Below, one piece after another: positions 1 through 10,023 of a stretch of 64,000 nt of DNA. This DNA comes from an uncultured cyanobacterium (lineage in GTDB: Bacteria; Cyanobacteriota; Cyanobacteriia; CAKZMO01), in NCBI GenBank assembly GCA_963719515.1, contig CAVRCJ010000006.1, forward strand, positions 1 through 64,000, in the 5' to 3' direction. The notes beneath the pieces were generated by a model that had not been told where the DNA came from, did no database searches, and worked only from the letters and a program-made list of their open reading frames with translations. Within the stretch, counting starts at the first letter, position 1, and each line of letters opens with the position of its first letter. Both the position numbers and the translations under genes were made by a program.

Positions 1-1330
1 GACATTCAAATTAAAAAGTATGCCAAGGCTCAAGCTGTAGTCCAGGGAATGTCCACAAACCATTTACCGAGGTCAGGCTGACCTTCCTGGTCAGCCTGAG
101 AGAGCCTTTGGATTTGTTGTTCCACCTGTGCCATCGCTTTTTGAGTTAGCTTGACCCCAGTTTGATAGGTCTTCGTGACCAAGGTGACCATCGGATGTCG
201 TCCATGCCAGCACATCGTTTGGGCAAAACGGACCACGGTGTCAACCTCATCAAGGATGCTGCCGTTCCAGTGCTGCTCCAAGATGCCCCAAACGCGCTCA
301 ACTGGGTTGTACTTGCTGTGGTACGGCGGATAGTAAGCTAGACGGAAATTGATTTGGTGAGTCTGAGCAAACACCACGAGGCGGTGCATAAACTGGGTGC
401 GCCTAGAATGATTTTCAGGGCCATTGTCCTGGTGAAGCAGCAGCGTCTGAATCTGAGGGAACCGCTGCCGGTTAGCACCCCACCACGATTCGAGCATATC
501 GACCATGAAGTCACTGGTCACCTTCGAGGTACTCAGATATAAGAACACCTCATCCCACTGGGGCAAGAAAATGCCGTAGGGCACCACGCTCGCTTTTGGC
601 TTGAAGTCATGGTCGCATCCCTGGGTGTCAGTTCGCGTTTTCCCTCCTCTTGAGAACGGACCCACCTTCACCGCCGCTTTGCTGTCCAACGAGAGTCTCA
701 GTATCGTTGGGTCATTCTCCATTTCCTCGTAGACCCTACCCAGTTGATCAAAGATGGCATCGGTCAATGCAATTTTTTTTGAGGACGCGTTTTACCCACT
801 TTGCTCGGATAGTACCCCAGCGTATTGAGCCGATTACGCAGCGTTTCATTGCTGGGCAATTCCTCGCACCTGTAGCCTTTACTCTCGATTAGCTCCGCTC
901 GCACCCTCGCTACGCTTAGCCGGGTGTATAACCGTTGGTTCTTGAACTGTGGGTCGCTCTGACTTTGACTATCGACGATAGAGCGCAAGTCCTCTACCAG
1001 TCTCGGCAAGTGGTGCTCTGTCCGGTTGCGTCCTCGTCCCTTGAAGTTATCGATACAGATGATGCCGCTACTGACTTCTCGCTGCCCTTTGCGGATTACC
1101 TCACGGCTCCACCCCAGCTCCCGCTCGGCCAGCCGCTGTCCTCCCGCTCCTAGTTCAGTGACGGTCTTTGCCATGAAGCGACGGCGTTCATGCCCCTTCA
1201 GCGTTTCTACGGTCTCTTTGAGAAGCGACTTTAGACCTTTTGTCAGTTCCAATCTTGTCCACCCAGTTTCGATGACTCCTTCTGATTCTAGACGCTCACG
1301 CTGGAACGACGTTTTATTTGAATGTCCCTT
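1..1330 (-). mobile_element. ISAzo13-family insertion sequence (left terminal bases cut by window edge)
   Basis: Inverted termini GACATTCAAAT (1-11) and ATTTGAATGTC (1316-1326) enclose a transposase. Confidence 0.85.
30..1252 (-). CDS. ISAzo13-family (Rhodopirellula-type DDE) transposase in two ORFs joined by a -1 frameshift
   Basis: Motifs [35 protein letters not shown]. An A8 run (T8 at 773-780) lies at the ORF junction (PQKK / IALTDAIF). Confidence 0.88.
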
Positions 1331-1544
1331 AGCTGATGAAACTCTCGTCTACCCCGCCCACGACTACCGAGGACATACAGTCTCGACCATTGGCGAAGAA
1401 AAGCGCTGGAATCCTCGTTTTGTGGGCAAGGACCGCGATCGCTTCATTGAGTTTATGAATAACCTCGATTTGCCCGACCCTAAGAAGATCATGGAGGCGG
1501 TACCGGCAAATCAGGACTGCGGACAGGTTAGCGTGAAGACTTAA
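1329..1544 (+). pseudogene. 3' part of MBL-fold persulfide dioxygenase (ETHE1-like) gene interrupted by the IS
   Basis: [31 protein letters not shown]...[14 protein letters not shown] starts exactly at the IS end and has no start codon of its own. Confidence 0.8.
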
Positions 1545-1705
1545 ACTACGGCGGCGGACCACCAGTTCTTGTCAACTACCACACTATTCAAAGACTGTGA
1601 GGATGCTGTGAAGGTGGTAGAGGTTCCCCAAAAACAGCTGCGGCTGGGTACGAGGACGACAAAGGCTGAAAAGGAAGAGCGTATCATCAAGGTCACAGTA
1701 GGCCG

Positions 1706-4222
1706 CTAAACCTGGAGAGCGGCATGGGCCTGAATGTAGGACTGCGGCGGTATTGAACTAGGTTGAACCTGCCAAATCTTTTCGGCATACTCACAAATTG
1801 CGCGGTCCGATGAAAACTGGCCCATGTGCGCCACGTTCCAGATCGACAGGCTGCTCCACTTTTCGAAGTCGCTGTACGCCAAACTTACCCTGTCTTGGCA
1901 GTCAATATAGGACTGATAGTCTGCTAGCAGCATAAATGGGTCGTTCTGCAGCAAACGGTCTACGAGGGGACGAAATAGCTCTGGGTCGCCATGGGAGAAG
2001 TAGCCCGCTCTTACCAAGTCGAGGGCGGCCCGGAGCGCTCCGTTCTGTTTGTAGCAGTCCCAGGGCTTGTAGCCTTTGGCTTGCAGCGTCGCCACCTCTT
2101 CAGCCCGTAGGCCGAACAGGAAAAAGTTGTCGGCTCCTACGGCATCGCGAATCTCGACGTTGGCTCCATCTAGGGTGCCGATGGTCAGTGCCCCGTTCAG
2201 GGCAAATTTCATATTGCCGGTACCGGAGGCTTCCTTACCTGCGGTAGAAATCTGCTCTGAGAGGTCGGCAGCCGGGTAGACCCGCTGCCCAAAGGTCACA
2301 TTGTAGTCGGGCAAAAACACAACTTTGAGGCGATCGCCCACATCAGGGTCACGGTTCACGACATCCCCTACCGCCGTGATCAGCTTAATCATCAGCTTAG
2401 CCATGACATAGCTCGGCGCTGCCTTGCCGCCAAAGATGAACGTGCGGGGCTGAATCTCGATATCGGGGTTAGCTTTGATGCGGTTATAGAGGGTGATGAT
2501 GTGCAGCACATTGAGGTGCTGGCGCTTATACTCATGGATGCGCTTCACCTGAATATCGAACAGCGATCGCGGATTGACCTGGAGGCCTGTACGACTTTGG
2601 ATGTACGTAGCGAGGTCTTGCTTGACGTCTAGCTTGATCTGCCGCCAGTCATGCCGGAACTGCTTATCTTGAGCAAAGGCGGCAAGCTGTTTTAGGTCAT
2701 CGAGGTGTCTAATCCAGCGATCGCCAATCTTATTGGTGATGAGGCGGGTCAGCCGGGGGTTGCTCTGCACCAGCCAGCGGCGGGGGGTGACGCCGTTCGT
2801 TATATTCTCAAAGCGCTCTGGAAACAGCTCGTAGAAGTCTTTAAGCACCGTGGACTTGAGCAAGTCAGTATGTAGGGCAGCGACGCCATTAACGGCATGG
2901 CTGCCGACGCAGGCCAAATTTGCCATGCGCACATAGCGCTCCCCGCTCTCATCGATTAGGGACATACGCTCCAGGTGACTATCACCATGAAACCGCAGCC
3001 GCACCACGTCTAGAAACCGCTGATTGATTTCGAAGATAATTTCTAGATGGCGAGGCAGAACGGCGCGAAATAGCTTGATGGGCCAGCGTTCTAATGCCTC
3101 TGAGAGTAAGGTGTGATTTGTATAGGCAAAGGTGTTGCGGGTCACATGCCAGGCCTGGTCCCACCCCAGGTGGTGCTCATCGACCAAAAGCCGCATCAGC
3201 TCCGCCACGCCAATAGCAGGGTGGGTATCATTGAGCTGCACGGCAAACTTATCGTGAAACGAGGCAACGGCGTTGCCTCGACGAATGTGAATGCGAATCA
3301 AATCCTGTAAGGAGCAGGACACGAAGAAGAACTGCTGCTGCAGGCGCAGCTCTTTGCCTTGCTCGGCGTCATCGTTGGGATAGAGCACCTTGCTGATGTT
3401 CTCTGCCACAACCTTTTGGTTTACAGCGCCGTAGTAGTTGCCCACGTTGAACGCATGAAAATCAAACGACTCTGGCGCTTCCGATTTCCACAGCCGCAAG
3501 GTGTTAGCGGTACTGACCCGGTAACCTAGGATAGGCGTATCGTAGGGCACGCCCTTCACAACCTGGGCTGGAACCCAACGTACCCGGTAATTTCCAGCAT
3601 CGTCGGTGTAGGGCTCGGTGTGGCCGCCAAATCCCACTTCCACAGCCCCTTCAGGGCGGGCGACTTCCCAGGGGTTCCCATACTGCAGCCACTTGTCAGT
3701 GAGCTCCACCTGCCAGCCGTCTCGGATATCTTGGCTAAAGATGCCAAATTCGTAACGGATACCGTAGCCCACGGCGGGAATCTCTAGGGTGGCCAGGGAG
3801 TCCATGTAGCAAGCAGCCAGTCGACCTAGACCGCCATTGCCTAAGCCTGGCTCTTCCTCCTGTTCTACTATCTCCGGGAAGTTGAGGCCAGAGTCCTCCA
3901 CCGCCTGCTTCACCTGGTCGTAGAGGCCCAAGTTGATTAAGTTGTTCTCTAGATGAGGACCGGGCAAGAACTCCGCCGACAGGTAGGCCACTAACCGTAC
4001 GTCTTGATTGAGGTAGGTTTCGATGGTGTGCAGCCAGCGGTTGAGGAGGCGATCGCGAACGGTGTAAGCCAAGGCCATGTAGTAGTCGGTCTTAGTGGCG
4101 ATATCGGGAAACTTTCCCTGGACGTAGAATAGGTTGTCGGCCAAGGCGCGGCGCAGGGTTTCAATAGATAAACCGGTGCGATCGTCTTCAACTTGAATGC
4201 TGTGTGCAGTAGAGATATTCAT
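1706..4222 (-). CDS. glgP: glycogen/starch phosphorylase
   Basis: Motifs GLGNGGLGRLAAC, QLNDTHP, EASGTGNMKF. Start set at the ATG at 4222 (ORF extends to 4255). Confidence 0.97.
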   Translation of the reverse strand: MNISTAHSIQVEDDRTGLSIETLRRALADNLFYVQGKFPDIATKTDYYMALAYTVRDRLLNRWLHTIETYLNQDVRLVAYLSAEFLPGPHLENNLINLGLYDQVKQAVEDSGLNFPEIVEQEEEPGLGNGGLGRLAACYMDSLATLEIPAVGYGIRYEFGIFSQDIRDGWQVELTDKWLQYGNPWEVARPEGAVEVGFGGHTEPYTDDAGNYRVRWVPAQVVKGVPYDTPILGYRVSTANTLRLWKSEAPESFDFHAFNVGNYYGAVNQKVVAENISKVLYPNDDAEQGKELRLQQQFFFVSCSLQDLIRIHIRRGNAVASFHDKFAVQLNDTHPAIGVAELMRLLVDEHHLGWDQAWHVTRNTFAYTNHTLLSEALERWPIKLFRAVLPRHLEIIFEINQRFLDVVRLRFHGDSHLERMSLIDESGERYVRMANLACVGSHAVNGVAALHTDLLKSTVLKDFYELFPERFENITNGVTPRRWLVQSNPRLTRLITNKIGDRWIRHLDDLKQLAAFAQDKQFRHDWRQIKLDVKQDLATYIQSRTGLQVNPRSLFDIQVKRIHEYKRQHLNVLHIITLYNRIKANPDIEIQPRTFIFGGKAAPSYVMAKLMIKLITAVGDVVNRDPDVGDRLKVVFLPDYNVTFGQRVYPAADLSEQISTAGKEASGTGNMKFALNGALTIGTLDGANVEIRDAVGADNFFLFGLRAEEVATLQAKGYKPWDCYKQNGALRAALDLVRAGYFSHGDPELFRPLVDRLLQNDPFMLLADYQSYIDCQDRVSLAYSDFEKWSSLSIWNVAHMGQFSSDRAICEYAEKIWQVQPSSIPPQSYIQAHAALQV

Positions 4223-4456
4223 AAAAGTCAGGCCTCTAACGTCAGCCATACGCAAGCCGATAGGCGCTCTTCTGAAAAACAGCTACCGGACGCACTCAAA
4301 TCAGCCAATGGCCATCAGTTGCTAGCTGTTGTCAAAATATTCCCTCTCTCAAATGCTCCAGACTATTTATAGATCAAGAGTTTGAGGAAGTTATGAGAGA
4401 TGAGGCAAAGGCAAGCCTAGACTGTTTGGTTCAGCTTTACCTGATTTAGGGGAAAT

Positions 4457-4854
4457 GTGACATCCTCCCGACGCTGACAGCAAGCTGTACAGCGCGGGCT
4501 TCCTCAGTGACTCCCAGCTATTGCCGAGACATATCCTGAGATAGGTTTATACTCCGCCTGATGCCCCACGGCAGAGTTTTGAATTTTCATCTCCGCGAGG
4601 GAGGATACGCACTATGTGTCGCAGATACATTTGCAAACTGAGGAACGGGTGACTTGCAGCTTTCGCCTACGGGCCCGTCACACTCTTTGCGGGGTGTATC
4701 ACCTTGCTATCTCTATCATACCAACTGCTAGCCTCAGCGCTGAGCGCACTATCCGCTGTGCATCATTTTGCGGGCGCACTTCGGCTAGCGCGACTCTCAT
4801 CCCGACGCTCACCCTGACGGGTAGAGCGCGGGGCTTCCTGTCTAGTAGCTAAAA
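4457..4854 (-). mobile_element. non-autonomous IS200/IS605-derived element, copy 1
   Basis: Near-identical to 58777-59174 (5 substitutions seen). Two directly repeated subterminal hairpins CCCGACGCT...GCGCGGG; minus strand ends GGGAGGATGTCAC; no transposase ORF. Confidence 0.82.
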
Positions 4855-4864
4855 TAGGCAAAAC

Positions 4865-4888
4865 AAAAGCCGCTCGGTGAGCGGCTTT
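4865..4888 (-). terminator. intrinsic terminator downstream of tRNA-Pro
   Basis: AAAGCCGCTC-ggt-GAGCGGCTTT hairpin followed by TTTTGTTTT on the minus strand. Confidence 0.75.
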
Positions 4889-4896
4889 CAATTAAA

Positions 4897-4970
4897 TCGG
4901 AGCGGCGGGATTTGAACCCACGACCCCCACTACCCCAAAGTGGTGCGCTACCAAGCTGCGCTACGCCCCG
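4897..4970 (-). tRNA. tRNA-Pro(GGG)
   Basis: CGGGGCGTAGCGCAGCTTGGTAGCGC...TTGGGGT...GTGGGTTCAAATCCCGCCGCTCCGA cloverleaf. Confidence 0.97.
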
Positions 4971-5025
4971 CAATGCTTTCCAACTATAGCACAAACCCAA
5001 AACTTCTCAACCCAGATGAAGCGCT

Positions 5026-5391
5026 TCAAAACACGCCTAGCGTCTGCGCTGCCGTAATCAAATCCGGTACCGCTTCGGCGCGCCAATACCCCTCCCCCCC
5101 GCGTCCCTCCTGCACAATCAGGTGTAGGTCATAGCAGTGGGCAAATCCCTCCGCCTCCAACCACACCCGTTCGGACTCGGCCTCGCAGCACAGTCGCTCC
5201 TCCGGCATCAGCTCCGACACCATCGCCGCCATAGTTTCGGAGAGCTGCAGCGCCAGCCGGCAGAAGTCCTCTAGCTCGGCCTGAGTTAACTCTAAAGACC
5301 AGCGATCGCTCCCCACCAGCCCTGTAAAGACGGGCGCATTCGGATTCCAGCCCAGTCGCCAGCCGCTGCCCTGCTTCAAATGGTGGGGCAC
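5026..5391 (-). CDS. DUF1818 family protein
   Basis: GWRLGWNP...GLVG..WSLELT..E..DFCRL motif. GTG start chosen to avoid overlap. Confidence 0.75.
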   Translation of the reverse strand: MPHHLKQGSGWRLGWNPNAPVFTGLVGSDRWSLELTQAELEDFCRLALQLSETMAAMVSELMPEERLCCEAESERVWLEAEGFAHCYDLHLIVQEGRGGEGYWRAEAVPDLITAAQTLGVF

Positions 5392-5395
5392 CAGA

Positions 5396-5890
5396 TCAGT
5401 TTGGCCTATAGATAGCAACCAGCGCCTCAACGAGCGCCTGTCGCTGGGATAAAGTGAGCGATCGCACTGCAGTCATGTCGGCGTTGCGGGGAGAGCCATC
5501 TAGCTCAGCGAAGCCAGGGTAAGCGGATTCAAGCACCCACTCATTGACCCCCAGGTAGTCCGCTAGAGTCAGCTTCCAGTCCAAGCGATAGATGGGCTGA
5601 CGGCGCTGTACGAACAGGTGATAGCGCACGAAGCGGCTGATCAGCGTGTTCGATTCGTCGACATCGTTCGTGCCCGCACGCTCGTAGTAGTTTTCGAGGG
5701 GCAGGCCGGGCAGCTGCGCATAAATCTGCTCAGCCACCTGCCGAGAAGGCGCGATGCCCTGAGCCGTAGCCCGCTGAGGCCACCCCGGTAAAACCAGCAG
5801 CACAGAGATTAGCGCCAAGACCGCTATTCCGAGATAGCCGCGACGGCGAAGAGGGTGAACCATGCTGCGGATAGACCTAGCCCATCCCAC
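5396..5890 (-). CDS. conserved cyanobacterial exported hypothetical protein
   Basis: Signal-peptide-like N-terminus; LPLENYY and RLDWKLTLADYLG motifs. Start uncertain. Confidence 0.75.
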   Translation of the reverse strand: MGWARSIRSMVHPLRRRGYLGIAVLALISVLLVLPGWPQRATAQGIAPSRQVAEQIYAQLPGLPLENYYERAGTNDVDESNTLISRFVRYHLFVQRRQPIYRLDWKLTLADYLGVNEWVLESAYPGFAELDGSPRNADMTAVRSLTLSQRQALVEALVAIYRPN

Positions 5891-5892
5891 GG

Positions 5893-6123
5893 CTACTCGC
5901 CAATAATTTCTGGCTGAGTCAACTCATCGGACATTTCAATCACGGCGCGAATGACGGGCTTCATCTTCGATTCGTCCATGCTGTCAAAGTCTTCGTAGCG
6001 CCGGCGCTGGGCCCGGGTGGCGACCTGAACGGTAATCCGGTAGCGATTGGAGGCCGCTTGAATCAGATCCTCGGCGCGGCACATCAGCTGGGCGTTATCG
6101 ATTGCAGGACGCTTTGAAGTCAT
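5893..6123 (-). CDS. rpoZ: RNA polymerase omega subunit
   Basis: [28 protein letters not shown]...[14 protein letters not shown]. Confidence 0.95.
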   Translation of the reverse strand: MTSKRPAIDNAQLMCRAEDLIQAASNRYRITVQVATRAQRRRYEDFDSMDESKMKPVIRAVIEMSDELTQPEIIGE

Positions 6124-6303
6124 TAGGGCTACGGTATATGGGCAGGTTAGCGGGAGCCTGGGCTAAAAGCCAAGCGTCCTCTCATCTTAGCACTGCAGCA
6201 TCTTGATTTTTTTAGGCAAACTTTAGCCTCCCTTGACGTGATGGGGACCATCGTATGTCACGATATAGCGAGATGTTAACTTTTATTGTCGACACCTTTG
6301 CTT

Positions 6304-7005
6304 ATGGAGACCCTTTCCCCCATTCGCACAACGTCAACCCTGCTGCAGCGTGCGACCCCGCTCCGGCTAGTGGCGCTAGGAGATAGCCTCATCTACGGCT
6401 ACGGTGACCCTGACGGTGGGGGATGGGTGGAGCGCCTGAGGCGACAGTGGATGAGGCCAGACAGCGCGGGGCACGTGCTTTACAACCTGGGCGTTCGTGG
6501 GGATGGCGTGGAGCAGGTTGCGCAGCGACTAGAGGGAGAATATCGCTGCCGCGGGGAGCTACGCCACCGCCTCCCTGACTACATCATTCTGTCGGTGGGG
6601 GTCAATAACTCCTGTCGGGTAGGGCGCTCCCAGGGACGGCACTTCACTCCGCTGGACCGCTTTCAGCAGGACGTTTCGACGCTCCTCGCTGAGGCCCAGC
6701 AGCTTTGCCCGGTTCTCTTTGTGGGAATGACGCCGGTCGATGAGGCGGCGATGCCGTTTGCCGACTGCCTCTATTACGCTCATGCCGATCAGTCTATCTA
6801 TAACGAGGCCGTTCGCCAGGCCTGTGCCGACTACGGCATCCCCCACCTCAACCTGTTCGACCTATGGCTTTCCCGAGGCGATTTTTGGTGGCGATCGCGT
6901 CTCTCTGAGGATGGTCTGCATCCCAATGCCCCGGGCTATGACGGCCTTCTGCAGGATGTTCTGGCATGGGACCGGTTTGCCGCCCTCCTGCAGCCGCTAT
7001 CCTAG
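6304..7005 (+). CDS. GDSL/SGNH hydrolase
   Basis: Motifs ALGDSL, NLGVRGD, GVNN, DGLHPN. Confidence 0.9.
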   Translation: METLSPIRTTSTLLQRATPLRLVALGDSLIYGYGDPDGGGWVERLRRQWMRPDSAGHVLYNLGVRGDGVEQVAQRLEGEYRCRGELRHRLPDYIILSVGVNNSCRVGRSQGRHFTPLDRFQQDVSTLLAEAQQLCPVLFVGMTPVDEAAMPFADCLYYAHADQSIYNEAVRQACADYGIPHLNLFDLWLSRGDFWWRSRLSEDGLHPNAPGYDGLLQDVLAWDRFAALLQPLS

Positions 7006-7031
7006 AGAAAGCCCTCTTCTAAGACTAAACA

Positions 7032-7928
7032 TTGGCCTCACCGCAACCCGCGCCAACGCCCCGCTGCCGAGACTGGATCTGGCGGGGTTGGCGCATTCGA
7101 TACGCCTACGTTCGCCCTCCTGCCTCAGCTCAGGCCGCCCAAGGCCGCCCAGTTCTATTCATTCATGGGTTCGGCTCTTCTTGGCAGCAGTGGCACCGCA
7201 ACTTGTCCGTCATCAGCGAGCAGCATCCCGTCTATGCGCTGGATCTGCTGGGGTTTGGCCAGTCGCAAAAGGCAGCGACCGCCTACCAAGTAGCGCTGTG
7301 GGCCGAGCTGGTGTTTGACTTTTGGCAGACCTTTATTGGCCAGCCCATGGTGCTGGTGGGCCACTCGTTGGGGGCGCTAGTGGCGGCGACCGCAGCGGTA
7401 GAGCAGCCCCAGTCGGTGCATAAGGTAGTCTTGCTCACGCTACCGGAAACGCGCCAAGAGGTAGTGGGTAACCCGCAGATGCGGCAAGCGATCAAGACCA
7501 TTGAGGGTTTGGTCGCCTCCCCAGCGCTAATTCGGCTGATTTTTCGAATTGTTCGGCAACCCCGCATTATCCGCAGGGGGCTCAGACTCGCCTACGCTAA
7601 TCCTGCGTCGGTCACTGATGAGCTAGTGGCCCAAGTAATTGCCCCCACCGCAGACCGGGGAGCTGCACAAACCTTGTGTCGTCTTACCCAGGCGGCCACC
7701 AGCTCGACCTACAGCGCCAGCCGCAATGTACTCTTGTCTCAGCTTTCGCAGCCGACGCTGCTGGTGTGGGGGACTGGCGATCGCATCATTCCTTTTCGTC
7801 AGGTTGAGGACCTTTGCCAGCTCAACCCCCGGGTCAGGCTGCTAGAGGTGCCGGAAGCAGGACATTGTCTCTACGATGAGGCGGCAGACACCCTCAACCG
7901 GGCAGTTCTAGATTGGGCCGCTCGCTGA
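7032..7928 (+). CDS. alpha/beta fold hydrolase
   Basis: Motifs HGFG, DLLGFG, GHSLG, AGHC. Confidence 0.9.
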   Translation: MASPQPAPTPRCRDWIWRGWRIRYAYVRPPASAQAAQGRPVLFIHGFGSSWQQWHRNLSVISEQHPVYALDLLGFGQSQKAATAYQVALWAELVFDFWQTFIGQPMVLVGHSLGALVAATAAVEQPQSVHKVVLLTLPETRQEVVGNPQMRQAIKTIEGLVASPALIRLIFRIVRQPRIIRRGLRLAYANPASVTDELVAQVIAPTADRGAAQTLCRLTQAATSSTYSASRNVLLSQLSQPTLLVWGTGDRIIPFRQVEDLCQLNPRVRLLEVPEAGHCLYDEAADTLNRAVLDWAAR

Positions 7929-7981
7929 GCTCTGGGCCAAAGCCTTGTTGAGGGGGTGGTGTAAACAGGCGAAGGAGTTCG

Positions 7982-9028
7982 CTACTGCGGGTCGACATAA
8001 GCGCCCCGCAGCCGGTGGCGTAAATCTCGGATGGACTGGGCCGTACGCTGAATGGGAGACAGATAGCCCTCGGTGTCGGTGGGCTCTTCAGGGGGGCGAG
8101 CCGTTAGGCAAGCACTTAGATCGGGCACGTGGGGTTCTAGGTCTAAGGCCCGCTGCACATCGCTGACGGTGGGGTAGCGATCGCGGGGGGAAATTTTGAG
8201 CATTTTGGTCAGCACCTGGCCGAAATACTCACTGACGGGAGCCATTTCCCGCCAGAGAATCTCTCCGGTGGCGATGTCGTAATCTAGCTCTAGGGGCGAC
8301 TTGCCGGTGAGCAGATAGAGGCAGGTGACGCCTATGGAGTAGATATCGCTCGAGTAGCTGGGGCGGAGGGCGAGCTGCTCGGGCGGGGCGAAGCCTACGG
8401 TGCCGACAAACTGAGTCGTCATCTGCCGCGCCGCGCCGCCTAGCTGGGCAATCTCTTCCTTGACCGCGCCAAAGTCGATGAGCACCAGCCGCCCGTCTCG
8501 CTGACAGCGAATAATGTTGGGGGGCTTAATATCCCGGTGGATGACCTGGTGCTGATGGACAAACGAAACAATAGGCAAGACTTCGCGCAAGAACTCCCTG
8601 ATTTGCTCTTCGTTGAAGGTGCCGTAGAGCCTGACGTGCTTAGCGAGGTTGAGCCCTCGAATGTACTCCTGAACCAGGTAGAATTCTCCAGTGCGCTCAA
8701 AGTAGCCTAGCAGCTGAGGAATCTTAGAGTGGCTACCTAGATTGGAAAGCACCTTCGCCTCCCTTTTAAAGCGCTCGCGGGCCTTAAGCAGGACCTGAGG
8801 ACTTTGAACTTTGGGACACAGCTGCTTGATGACGCACAGCGGACGCCCCGGTAGCGCGATGTCGCGAGCTAGGTAGGTGACGCCAAAGCCCCCTCGGCCT
8901 AGAGGGCGGATCACAGCGTAGCGATTGTGGAATAGCGTTTTGGTGCGGCGGGCCTGATCGAGCTGACTTGCCGTGATAGATCCGTCAGGGATATCAGGAT
9001 CTGGAGAACCTAGGGCCAGAGAATTCAT
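7982..9028 (-). CDS. Hanks-type Ser/Thr protein kinase
   Basis: GRGGFG, CVIKQ, HRDIKPPN, DFG and GFAPPE motifs are intact. Confidence 0.95.
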   Translation of the reverse strand: MNSLALGSPDPDIPDGSITASQLDQARRTKTLFHNRYAVIRPLGRGGFGVTYLARDIALPGRPLCVIKQLCPKVQSPQVLLKARERFKREAKVLSNLGSHSKIPQLLGYFERTGEFYLVQEYIRGLNLAKHVRLYGTFNEEQIREFLREVLPIVSFVHQHQVIHRDIKPPNIIRCQRDGRLVLIDFGAVKEEIAQLGGAARQMTTQFVGTVGFAPPEQLALRPSYSSDIYSIGVTCLYLLTGKSPLELDYDIATGEILWREMAPVSEYFGQVLTKMLKISPRDRYPTVSDVQRALDLEPHVPDLSACLTARPPEEPTDTEGYLSPIQRTAQSIRDLRHRLRGAYVDPQ

Positions 9029-9133
9029 ATGGTCCTAACTCGGTAAATGCACAAGCTACTCATACAGCGAACCCTGAAACAGTTTTATGGTAACCCCAGA
9101 TCCCCATAAAGATCCTATAAAGTGAGGGATGCA

Positions 9134-9817
9134 TCATGGCACATCACCCCAAAAGTCTGAAACAGCGTAGCCCAGAAGGCTAATCATCTCTCGGAGCAGC
9201 GGCAGGCTGAGGCCGATGACGTTGCTGTAGCAGCCGGTAATTTGCTCAACAAATACGCCTCCCCGACCTTCTAGAGCAAATGCGCCCGCACAGTGCAGCG
9301 GTTCCCCTGTGGCCACATAGGCTTCAATTTGGCGATCGCTCACCTGGGCAAAGCTCACTTGAGTCACCTGATGGCGCAGTAAGGTCGTTTCCCCCCAAAG
9401 ATCGATGAGGACATGCCCCGTCAGCAGCGCTCCGACGCCGCCCCGCATCTGCTGCCAGCGGGCGATCGCGATTTCTGGCGTCTCTGGCTTGCCCTGCACC
9501 ATTCCGTTGACCACAAGCAGCGAGTCGCAGCCCATGACGAGGACAGCTCGAAGGCCGTCGTTTGAAGGGTCTCCCTTTGAGCCAGGGAGTTCTGAGACCT
9601 CAAGGCCAAGCGTCTCTGGCCTTTGCCTCAGCTGCTGCGCTACCGCGTTAGCTTTCCCCAAGGCAAGCTGCTCCACGAGCTCTGCGGGATCGTCGCGGTG
9701 AAGACTGGACTCGTCAAAATGACTGGGCTGCACAATAGGGGTGATACCCGCCTTGAGCAGCAGCTGCCGCCGGGCGGGGGAGGCTGACGCCAACACAAAC
9801 AGGGGGGGAGTAGGCAT
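9134..9817 (-). CDS. maf: Maf family nucleotide pyrophosphatase
   Basis: Motifs [27 protein letters not shown]. Confidence 0.93.
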   Translation of the reverse strand: MPTPPLFVLASASPARRQLLLKAGITPIVQPSHFDESSLHRDDPAELVEQLALGKANAVAQQLRQRPETLGLEVSELPGSKGDPSNDGLRAVLVMGCDSLLVVNGMVQGKPETPEIAIARWQQMRGGVGALLTGHVLIDLWGETTLLRHQVTQVSFAQVSDRQIEAYVATGEPLHCAGAFALEGRGGVFVEQITGCYSNVIGLSLPLLREMISLLGYAVSDFWGDVP

Positions 9818-10023
9818 AGGGCACTATCGAGGAGGCAAGTGCCGTTTGGCACCGTAAGTTCTGACTGATGCTCTTTCAGTGTAAAAGGGCAGGGTAAAGG
9901 GCGCACTTGGGGTTTGTTTTGGGCTCACGCTCAGGGTTTCCCAAAACCCGTTAATCGGACGATCGCGATAAACTAAAGAGGTGAATACCTCACAAGCCTA
10001 AACAAGCCAAATCTACAGCGCTG

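Noticed and set aside
4616..4852. 78-aa ORF in both mini-elements
   Set aside because: It runs through the terminal hairpin on the strand opposite the promoter and has no recognisable motif.
4897..4970. tRNA-Pro or tRNA-Cys as island integration sites
   Set aside because: No integrase and no duplicated tRNA 3' end seen in the window.
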